A stretch of 63,028 nt of DNA, counting the filler, from Octopus bimaculoides (taxonomy: Eukaryota), in NCBI RefSeq assembly GCF_001194135.2. It is 5 parts of 5 records of this genome, joined end to end, with 100 filler letters (N's around TTAATTAATTAA, not from the genome) between each part and the next. Parts side by side here need not be neighbours in the genome. Positions count along the whole stretch, not along the records: positions 41,538 to 55,578 come from NC_068983.1; positions 55,679 to 61,654 come from NC_068986.1; positions 61,755 to 63,028 come from NW_026359864.1; 2 more parts are not named here. One strand, 5' to 3'. The notes beneath the pieces were generated by a model. It saw only the letters and a list, made by a program, of their open reading frames with translations, searched no databases and had not been told where the DNA came from. Numbering within the stretch: the first letter of the stretch is position 1; each line of letters begins with the position of its first letter. Made by a program: the position numbers and the translations under genes. This document shows, piece by piece, positions 53,010-63,028 of the stretch.

Positions 53010-53145
53010 GCTAGCAATCATATTTAGCTGAATAAAATCCGGTGCCTTGTTTAGAAACAAAGCGCACCGTCTGGTGCTGGACTTCAACTCACAGCCTTAT
53101 GTTCGTTAGGATAACGACCTAAGTAACAAGTCACGCGCCTTCATG
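53010..53145 (-). mobile_element. SINE family C head, degenerate
   Basis: Ends 'cacgcgccttca', as does the copy at 4200. Confidence 0.45.
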
Positions 53146-54107
53146 CACACTCACGGGACGCATATACATACCCAGTGATTGCTATTCACAATCTTATTTA
53201 TGTTTATATATGTTTTATTAAATGTATACATACATGCATATGTGTGTATGTATGTGCGTGAATGTGTTGTGTGTGAGTGTATATAAAGAGAGAGAAGGAG
53301 AGAGAGAGAGAGATAAATAGATAGATAGATAAATAGATGCACAGACGCGCAAATGTTTATATATTATGTCAGTACTTGTTTATTTGCGGTTATAAATAAC
53401 TAACTAAATATATATATANNNNNNNNNNNNNNNNNNNNNNNNNNNNNNNNNNNNNNNNNNNNNNNNNNNNNNNNNNNNNNNNNNNNNNNNNNNNNNNNNN
53501 NNNNNNNNNNNNNNNNNNNNNNNNNNNNNNNNNNNNNNNNNNNNNNNNNNNNNNNNNNNNNNNNNNNNNNNNNNNNNNNNNNNNNNNNNNNNNNNNNNNN
53601 NNNNNNNNNNNNNNNNNNNNNNNNNNNNNNNNNNNNNNNNNNNNNNNNNNNNNNNNNNNNNNNNNNNNNNNNNNNNNNNNNNNNNNNNNNNNNNNNNNNN
53701 NNNNNNNNNNNNNNNNNNNNNNNNNNNNNNNNNNNNNNNNNNNNNNNNNNNNNNNNNNNNNNNNNNNNNNNNNNNNNNNNNNNNNNNNNNNNNNNNNNNN
53801 NNNNTATATATACACAAACACATATATTTAAATACATGTAAATATGCACACACACACACACACACATATGTGTGTACGTTTGTATAATATATCTATAGTT
53901 AGATAGATACATGCATACATATATATAGAGAGAGAGAGATAGAGATGTGGGAAAATGAATTGTTAGATAGCCAGATACATTCTCACGTACGGTATCTGCT
54001 AATATACGTACGCCTTGCATAAGCGTATGCATTAGGGCGCCCATATACATACATACGTGTACTAATCTAAATAATGGAGCCGACATTTATATCTACATCT
54101 ATCTATC

Positions 54108-54186
<79 letters not shown>

Positions 54187-54369
54187 ACATGCATACATAC
54201 ATACATATATATGTATATACTCACATATAAATATATACATATACATGAATGTTTGAGTGAACGTACATACATATATATTCATATACATTTATATATGTGT
54301 GTATATGTGTGTGTAGGTTTTGATCTATTATATATACATATATACACGCAATTACACACACACATCCAT

Positions 54370-54401
<32 letters not shown>

Positions 54402-54519
54402 ACACACAGATATACACACTAGCTCACACTCACATGCATAATACACATGCCGATAGGCCTCTCGCTCTCCCATTCTCTCTCTGTTTAACTCTCCTTCTCT
54501 TTCTCTTCCCCCTTTTCTG

Positions 54520-54615
54520 TTTCTCTCTCTCTCTCTCTGTCTCTGTCTCTCTGTCTCTCTGTCTCTGTCTGTCTGTCTGTCTCTGTCTCTCTCTCTGTCT
54601 CTCTCTCTCTGTCTC

Positions 54616-54662
<47 letters not shown>

Positions 54663-54910
54663 AGCTCCCTCGCTTTCTATTTCCCTTTCTTCGTCTCTGT
54701 CTATCTCACTTTATCTCCTCTTTCTCTTTCACTTTGTCTCTGTCTGTCTGTCTGTCTGTTTCTCACTTTATCTCGATCTCTTTTCATGCCTTTCCTTTGT
54801 CTGTCTATCTGTCTCTTTTTATCTCCTCTTCTTTTGTTTGTTTTTCTGCATGTCAGTCTGTCTGTCTGTCTGTCTGTCTGTCAGTCTCTCTCTCTCTCTC
54901 TCTCTCTTTC
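54520..54910. repeat. (CT)n/(CTGT)n compound microsatellite
   Basis: Pyrimidine-rich simple repeats. Confidence 0.9.
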
Positions 54911-55449
54911 TCTTACGCCAGTTACGCTACAACAGAATAACAGTATTAAAACGCTATATTTATGAATAGATTTTCGTCTGAAGCAGCAATGATAAGTCTT
55001 AGACGTCTCTTGTGGCGGCAACTGTGATATTTATGTTCTTGTGTCAGAATGCCACAAGTAAATGGTTACACTTTAGACATTGCTTCAAGCTGACTTCCCG
55101 TGGGGTATGGGAACAATTCTTATATTTGCGGTGAGATATTATTAAATTTGACAGCCGAGGAAGGGCAGCACCAGGCGAACTGGCTTGTCACATGATTAAC
55201 CATAGGAGTATCATTTTACAGCTAAATAAAACACGCTGCGTGTCTATGAGTATGTACACCCGCACACACACACATATATATATATAAACACACATTTGCG
55301 CGCGTCCGTGGGCTCTCACGCACGCGCACAGATACACATATACTCTGAGCGTTTGTCATATACAGTCGTACGTACGTATGTATACGTGTAAAATGTATGC
55401 GCTTATACACACACACACACACACACACATTCACAAACACAAACTCATA

Positions 55450-55562
55450 TAAATGTGGGGTAACAAGCTTGCTTCTCAACAACATGGTTCTCGGTTCACC
55501 TTGGGCCGACCAAAGCTTTGTGAGTGTGTTTGGTGGACGGAAACTGAAAGAAGCTCGTCATA
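55450..55562 (+). mobile_element. SINE family A, internally deleted
   Basis: 'gggccgaccaaagctttgtgagtg...gacggaaactgaaagaagctcgtc'. Confidence 0.75.
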
Positions 55563-55578
55563 TATATATATATATATA

Positions 55579-55678
55579 NNNNNNNNNNNNNNNNNNNNNN
55601 NNNNNNNNNNNNNNNNNNNNNNTTAATTAATTAANNNNNNNNNNNNNNNNNNNNNNNNNNNNNNNNNNNNNNNNNNNN
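55579..55678. other. Synthetic scaffold join (44 N + TTAATTAATTAA + 44 N)
   Basis: Identical to the other three joins. Confidence 0.9.
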
Positions 55679-55721
55679 TATATATATATGCAATTATATA
55701 CACACACACATACATATATAT

Positions 55722-55920
55722 AGTGAGAATTTACAAAAACCAAAAGACGAAGACGGGTGTGTAAGCAACAAACATATATACTAGTTTAACGCTCGGGAAG
55801 TGAGAAAATCTTTTACGTTTTGAGCCTACGCTCTTCGACAGAAAAGAACACAGAAATAAACAGGGAGAGAAAATAGAAAAGGTTCAGTGGCTAGCGATCT
55901 ATCATGGCGAATGCTGGACA
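55722..55920 (-). mobile_element. Short dispersed repeat, same family as 15021-15125
   Basis: Reverse-complement homology to 15021-15125. Confidence 0.6.
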
Positions 55921-56480
55921 GAGGGGTCACACAGTAAAGTTATGAAGAAGTACACACACGCACACACACATCTATAATATGTATATTATGTTAATATATG
56001 TTATGGTACAAGTTCGATGTAGAATATGGATATTTACAAATTCTCCTTGAAATATTTACTAATTCTTCCTCAAATTTAATCCATTATTGTCTGAAAACAG
56101 GGAAAGATAAACCGGAAAATATTCACATCTGATGTCTCTTGATCATATGTCTGCTTGATCAGGTTTAGCCAAGGATAAAAAAGACCTGACGAGCTAAATC
56201 AAAATCTGTCCTTTCCTTTCACCATTTGCCTTCACTCAATATGGTCTATATTTTTCGGTCAACTGATCCATTTTTTTTTCATGTCTTCTGATTATTTGGA
56301 TAATCTCAGTTGTTTGACGTTTTCCAACTCACTATATTGCAGAAGAGAAGCCCTACTGTATTTACTCCTAGGTGGACTGGTCCATCTGAGAGTTGGCTGT
56401 CTTCGCCCTCGGCAATTCACTGCAGTTGCAACGTTGACATAGTTGGAATTTTCTGACATATGCCAAAAATGTAAATACAG

Positions 56481-56685
56481 AAAAAATGATACCTAAATTG
56501 AAGTCAGTTATAAGGGTTAAGTTACCCGAGGAGATGTATGGTGAAAATGTGAAAGCAATTTTAATCGACAAGGGAAAATATAGCAAGTTGAAGGAAAAAT
56601 GTCAAGTTGAACCACCAGGATTCGTGGTGGAGTTCGATGAACTATCGCCATTAGTACAACTAAGTGAAATAGAGCCATACATAAG
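56481..56685 (+). CDS. Candidate internal coding exon (EKMIPKLKSVIRVKLPEEMYGENVKAILIDKGKYSKLKEKCQVEPPGFVVEFDELSPLVQLSEIEPYIR), gene unknown
   Basis: About 68 open codons with globular-protein-like composition in non-repetitive DNA. Donor AAG|GTATTA; the acceptor is weak, so the 5' boundary is uncertain. Confidence 0.4.
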
Positions 56686-57959
56686 GTATTAAAAAAAAAG
56701 AGAGTTAATTGTTGTTCTTTTTTAAAGGGGGGAGGAAAAAGAGTAAACAAACTGATGCTAATAGTAACAAAAAAAAAACACCGAAAAAGAAGAAGATTAT
56801 AAACTGGATGTAAGAACGTTTAAATGGTACTGCATGTAAGTGGGGCGCATGCAGCCATTTCACAACCATCGATTTCATTGTACATTTTTCCATTTTCCAT
56901 TCGTTTTCTGTTTTTTTTTGTCCCCATTGTGGTGTTCTGTCTGTCCTTGTGCCGTCCCCCTCTGTGTATAAGCCTGAGTGCTCAAATAAAGAAAGGAGTT
57001 GCAACGTTGACAACAAATAAACCAACAGATTAGTTTTCCAATGGTCGCCCCGTAGTTGCTTTGATTATCACAAAATCGCTACAAAATATAAGTGAGCAAC
57101 CGTCAGTAGATTCTCATTATTCTGGGACAACTTTAGAAGAGTTGCGTTGAAAGATTATGAAACTGCCCCAGTGAACTAACCAAATACACAACCACTCGAT
57201 CCAAACTCCATGTATCTTTGCCTTATCTCATCTCACTGCCCACCACACACGGAGTTAACCACTTTATCCAATACTCCTCCAGGAATCGTCTCCTCCAGGA
57301 ACTATCTTCCTCCTCTCACCGTAGACTTACAGATGTTCAAACCGGAGGCATATCACATATCGTACGCAAAGCACTTTCAGTTTAATATCACTACTCAAAC
57401 AATACATACCAAATAACAATCATCATCATCATCATCAAATGATTTTACTGGGGGGGGGGGGTGATTGTATGGCCCGTACGCAGCACATATTCTAGGGTAC
57501 AATCACAGCGTGTAACACATGACATAGCGTACAGACTACAAAAGCGTTACCCAATAAAATAGTACAAGACATAGACTTAAATTGTACACAGATGTCGCCC
57601 ATTAATATAATACAATCTTGTCAGCTCATACTCTACGCAATCACGTAACACTTCACATCTCATATAAAAATGTCGACACCCAACAAAATAATCCATCTCA
57701 CATCACACAAATCCGACACAACAAAAGAATAACTAAAACAACGCCAGGAACAATTAAATAGAGCAGACGAACCCTGAACTAAATCCCGCAAATACAATAC
57801 TGCACACACATACACACGCATGCACACATACACACGCACACACCACACACATACATACACATCTCAGGAACGCGGTGATGCAGTAGTAAATTGCATAAAA
57901 GTGCTGAAAACATCATGTTGACAATGATGATAGTAATAGTAACAGCGACAATAATAATA

Positions 57960-58165
57960 ACCCTTTCTACTATAGGCACAAAGCCTGAAATGTACGGGGA
58001 GGAGGTAAGTAGATCGCATCGGCCCCAGTGTTTCACTGGTACTTATGTAATCGACCAGCGAAAGGATGAAAGGCAAAGTCGACCTCGGCGGAATTTGAAT
58101 TCAGAACGACGCGATGGACAAAATGCCGCTGAGCATTGCGGCCGGCGTGCTAACAATTTTGCCAA
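57960..58165 (-). mobile_element. SINE family B
   Basis: Reverse complement of the family B body, with an (AAT)n tail at 57949-57960. Confidence 0.85.
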
Positions 58166-58364
58166 AGAAGAATTTCTTTTGTTTGTCACCTGGGTGAAGG
58201 ATGAGAGGGACAATACAAGGACAGACATAAAATGTTTGGGTTTGCATTGATGAAAAAAACTAGAATGTACACACGTTGTATAATAAAACGAAGAATGGGG
58301 GAAATGGATGACAGCGTTTTGGTTCTCCTAATACAAGAATGTAAAAAATGGATGATAAAAGGGA

Positions 58365-58525
58365 TTAAGTCGAGTACATCGACTCCAGTGTGTAACTGGT
58401 ACTTATTTAATCGACCCTGAAAGGTTGAAAGGCAAAGTCGACCTCGGCGGAATTTGAACTCCGAACGCTTAGCGGTATTTCGTCTGCCGTTACGTGCTAA
58501 CAATACTGCATGCTCACCGCCCTAA
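58365..58525 (-). mobile_element. SINE family B
   Basis: 'ggcaaagtcgacctcggcggaatttgaact'. Confidence 0.85.
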
Positions 58526-59308
58526 TATATATTGCTAAAGTGGAACATTCACCGACCATATTGACCGACTGGTAGAAGGCTCTAAGCGTCTGATGATACT
58601 CTAGGTGCCAGGCGGCCATATNNNNNNNNNNNNNNNNNNNNNNNNNNNNNNNNNNNNNNNNNNNNNNNNNNNNNNNNNNNNNNNNNNNNNNNNNNNNNNN
58701 NNNNNNNNNNNNNNNNNNNNNNNNNNNNNNNNNNNNNNNNNNNNNNNNNNNNNNNNNNNNNNNNNNNNNNNNNNNNNNNNNNNNNNNNNNNNNNNNNNNN
58801 NNNNNNNNNNNNNNNNNNNNNNNNNNNNNNNNNNNNNNNNNNNNNNNNNNNNNNNNNNNNNNNNNNNNNNNNNNNNNNNNNNNNNNNNNNNNNNNNNNNN
58901 NNNNNNNNNNNNNNNNNNNNNNNNNNNNNNNNNNNNNNNNNNNNNNNNNNNNNNNNNNNNNNNNNNNNNNNNNNNNNNNNNNNNNNNNNNNNNNNNNNNN
59001 NNNNNNNNNNNNNNNNNNNNNNNNNNNNNNNNNNNNNNNNNNNNNNNNNNNNNNNNNNNNNNNNNNNNNNNNNNNNNNNNNNNNNNNNNNNNNNNNNNNN
59101 NNNNNNNNNNNNNNNNNNNNNNNNNNNNNNNNNNNNNNNNNNNNNNNNNNNNNNNNNNNNNNNNNNNNNNNNNNNNNNNNNNNNNNNNNNNNNNNNNNNN
59201 NNNNNNNNNNNNNNNNNNNNNNNNNNNNNNNNNNNNNNNNNNNNNNNNNNNNNNNNNNNNNNNNNNNNNNNNNNNNNNNNNNNNNNNNNNNNNNNNNNNN
59301 NNNNNNNN

Positions 59309-59364
<56 letters not shown>

Positions 59365-60367
59365 AGGGAAACATTAAAACGTCTGATGTCATATAAGTGT
59401 CACCGCAGCTGCAGCGCCACAACGTCTCACACCCTGTTGTCTCATACTCTTACTAAAAGTAAATCAATGTATCGTATTTAGGAAGAAATTATTGCTGTTA
59501 CTCAGTGAGTACATAAATGATAACAGTTCCTTGTAGAAAGACGGGTTAACCTTATTACAAACCGACAAAACGTCCAATTTAGGGTTCATAAATCTTATAA
59601 ATGCGAAATGAAGAGTGACAAAAACGTTTTGACATATCAGCGTGAAAAAGAAAATATATGCGCTGATATCTTGTCTCGATCTATTCTGCTGAACGAAAAT
59701 ATAATTTTCTTCAAAATATTCACGGAGAATTGTGTCATCCAGGTGTGAGCAGACTGTTGCATAATGTAAAGGTAAAAACCTTCAATTTTCTATTAATGAT
59801 ATTCATAAAATCTCTTATGCCTGCCGTATTTGCTCCGAAATAAATTTACGTTTTTTTCTTTTCTATTAAAATCATTTAAGGAAATAGAAATTTCTACAAA
59901 GAAATTGAACGAATCTCATTGAATTTTTGTGAGACATAAACGTCAACATCGCGCAACATGTTTTAGTGGCGGCGGTTCATAACTCTTCTCGTTACTCTTT
60001 TAATATTCTCTCAACTAATATTGTGTTTCAACCCCATGGCTGATATCTCAAAAAACTTTTAATTAGAATTCTTGATACAATCCATCGCCATATGATGGCT
60101 ATTCTTGTTTAGCTCCCTCGAACTAGAACTCTTGGTGTCATCCACATTAATAGAGAAGGGGCTTAATTTATGTAAACAGAAGGGTAAAATCTTCCAAATC
60201 AATAAAGAACTGTGTAAAGCCAAAACTATTCCAAATCATGGAACCAAACAGACTTTGGTTTGCAAAGGGTTCATTTTACTGCACACATAAATACGTACAT
60301 ATGTATACACATACATACATACATATATACATACATATATACATACTTGCATACGTACATACATACA

Positions 60368-60398
<31 letters not shown>

Positions 60399-60635
60399 GT
60401 ACGTATGTACGTCAGACGAAAGCTAGCAAGCCGAAACTTCGAAGTCCCTGTCACCCCTCTTCTTGTAATTGTACAATAGATATATACTCTACAAAAAGTT
60501 AAATTGTTTTTATCGTAACTCGACATAAAAGCATAGACACATACATACATACATACATACATACATACATACACACATACATTCATGCGTACATACACAC
60601 ACACATGTAACACGTACATAAGTGATCAATTTGTT

Positions 60636-60800
60636 GAAGTAGGCGTAAGAGTGGCTGTGTGGTAAGTAGCTTGCTTACCAAGAACATGGTTCCGGGTTCA
60701 GTCCCACTGCGTGGCAGCTTGGGCAGGTGTCTTCTGGTATGGTCTTGGGCCGACCAAGGCCTTGTGAGTGGATCTGGTAGACGGAAAAAAAATAAGCCCG
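60636..60800 (+). mobile_element. SINE family A, 5' half
   Basis: tRNA-like head 'gtggctgtgtggtaag...catggttccgggttcagtcccactgcg'. Confidence 0.85.
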
Positions 60801-61654
60801 GGACGTGATGGTAGAATGCTCGAGGGACAAATCGCCGGGTCTGGATGGTCTACCCTACGAGCTTTACAGTTGTATGCCAGACTTGTGTGGAGGCGTCTTG
60901 ACAGCAGTGTACGGCAACTGGCAGCAAAACGGGAGCGTCCCCGGTTTTGTGAGCCGAGGAGCCATAACGCTGCTGAAGAAAGACCCAAACAAGAAGGATA
61001 GACAACTTTAGGCCCATCACTCTGTTCAATGCAGACTTGAAAATTTTGGCCAAGGTGTTAGCCAAGAGGTTGGCGCTTGTCATCGAGAAACTGGTCGACA
61101 AGGCGCAAACGTGCGCCGTGCCGGGCCTGAGCATCCATGACAACCTCCATCTGATGCGCTACATCATAGACAGGGTAGTTAAGGAACCTGGCATGGGTAG
61201 GGCCCTGATCAATTTGGATCAGTCCAAAGCTTTCGATAGGGTAGAACATCGATACTTGGAGGTTGTCCTCATAGCGGCTGGTTTCGGTCCCGTTTTCCGC
61301 GGCTGGATGGCCGCCTTGTATAGAGGCATCCGTTCGATGATTCGCTTAAATGGACATCTATCGAGACCTTTCGACATTGCACGGGATGCCCCCCTCTCGT
61401 CGCTTCTGTACGTATTGACTCTCGAGTCACTACTGCGGAAGCTGGCGACGCTAAGGGGCATCCTGCGAGAATTGGGATGCGGGACGAGCGTGTCTGCATA
61501 CGCGGACGACGTCACCATTATAGTGGCTAACCAAGCTGGTCGGTGAGACACTGAAAGACTACGAAGCGGAAACAGAAGCGAAAATCAACTGGAAAAAGTC
61601 AGTGGGCTTGCGGCTCGGCACCTGGAGATGCAAGCCCATGCCATCCAGCAAGCC
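60800..61654 (+). mobile_element. L1/Tx1-clade reverse transcriptase fragment, frameshifted and cut by a scaffold join
   Basis: 'KSPGLDGLPYELY', 'FRPITL.NAD.KILAKVLAKRL', 'LDQSKAFDRVEH' and 'SAYADDVT'. Confidence 0.9.
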
Positions 61655-61754
61655 NNNNNNNNNNNNNNNNNNNNNNNNNNNNNNNNNNNNNNNNNNNNTT
61701 AATTAATTAANNNNNNNNNNNNNNNNNNNNNNNNNNNNNNNNNNNNNNNNNNNN
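61655..61754. other. Synthetic scaffold join (44 N + TTAATTAATTAA + 44 N)
   Basis: Identical to the other three joins. Confidence 0.9.
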
Positions 61755-61889
61755 AAATATTATTAAAAATATCAAAATTATAAACGTTTCATAATTAACT
61801 TTACGCTTATTTTAATATAAGCTAACAAGAATATTATATGCAAAAATTAATTTTAACGAATCTTTCGTTTGAAATACAATTTGAACGAA

Positions 61890-62600
61890 GTTTTACGTTA
61901 AAATAATAAAGATAGAAGTAACACATATCTAAACGACACTACAGTTTAAACTAAAAGATTTTAGACTAAAACGTTTATTAGAAAAAAGTCTCGTGAAAAT
62001 TTTGCGTAAAGAAAAAGAATAGAATAAATAAATATAAAAACATGAATGAAAATTTTATAATGCATGAAAGATTAAACTTTATATAACTTAAATCATAATA
62101 AAACAATTAACTAAATTGCATATTCAAAGAAATTAAATAAAAAAGACTACCCATTTATCCCATAAAACAAAAGGAAATATTAAACAGTATTAATGGAAAA
62201 AATTCAACCCCAATCCAATCGAAGTCCTGGTTTAGGCTAAGATGATAAACTTACTACTAATTAATTTAGTGTTGAAAAAAGGTATCGACTAAAATCATCA
62301 TTAAAAATCAATTGAATTAATATAAAAATACATATTTTTTCAAACAATGACATAAAGTCATTTAACAAAGGTAGAACGATACTTATCGCTTCGATGCTGC
62401 AGTTTCAACTAAAATTTAGACGTTAAACCCAGAACTAAAGCGTTTATTAGAAAGAGGTTGCGTGAAGTTATTACGCTAAGAAAAAGAATAGAATAAAGAG
62501 ATATAAAAGCATGAGTGAAACAATTATTTATAAAATCATGAATGAAAGATTTAAACTTTATATAACTTATATCGTAACAAAACAATTAGCTATATTGTAA
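61890..62600. repeat. Diverged ~220-bp AT-rich direct repeat pair (~61900-62120 and ~62380-62595)
   Basis: Shared 'actaaa.cgtttattagaaa', 'aagaaaaagaatagaataa' and 'gaaagatt.aaactttatataactta'. Confidence 0.7.
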
Positions 62601-63028
62601 AACATTTTAATGAACGTTAAATTCTAAGTAATTATAAATTCTAAATAATAAGACTAAGAAACATAACTTGAATAATTAATATATATGAGATAAGTTAAAA
62701 TACTATTATTAAGTTAATTAATTAAAATATTTTTATTATTAATCTTATAAAAATCGTAGTATCATTATAATTTTAAATACTTAAACTCACAAAAATATTA
62801 ACGTACCAATAAATACACAATTAACAAATATAAATTATAACTACTACATTTAGTAAAGAAGGAATGGTATAAACAAACACACACTCACATACGCACACAT
62901 ACACATATATATATATACATACATACATACACATATATATATATATATAATATATATATACATACATACATATATATGTATATATATTATATATATACAT
63001 ACATACATACATATATATATATATATAT

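Noticed and set aside
62600-62875. Extremely AT-rich stretch suggestive of a mitochondrial insertion
   Set aside because: No recognisable mitochondrial protein, tRNA or rRNA motif; stops in the frames checked. A BLAST against cephalopod mtDNA would settle it.

Overview
Repeat-dense, AT-rich animal genomic DNA. The SINE/LINE families and microsatellite load resemble a cephalopod (Octopus-like) draft assembly; the taxon is inferred. The window is five blocks joined by identical synthetic 100-bp spacers (44 N + TTAATTAATTAA + 44 N) and has many other N gaps. Nearly all long ORFs in the supplied track are artefacts of N runs or microsatellites. The only confidently identified host gene segment is the first coding exon of VPS45 (22604-22696, minus strand). 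About 110 bp upstream of it lies an ETS-CRE-like composite motif. The rest is mostly decayed mobile DNA: a mariner, R4/Dong-like RLE LINEs, RTE-like LINEs (one with a PHD finger inside the RT region), L1/Tx1 LINEs, Penelope-like RT and GIY-YIG fragments, three tRNA-type SINE families, MITEs and an LTR-like repeat pair. The most notable structures are several fold-back inverted duplications, two nearly perfect and apparently seeded at short pre-existing palindromes. A few unassigned candidate exons and a degenerate hammerhead-like motif are also present. No CRISPR array, rRNA or genuine tRNA gene was found, and there is no firm evidence for a new multi-gene system.
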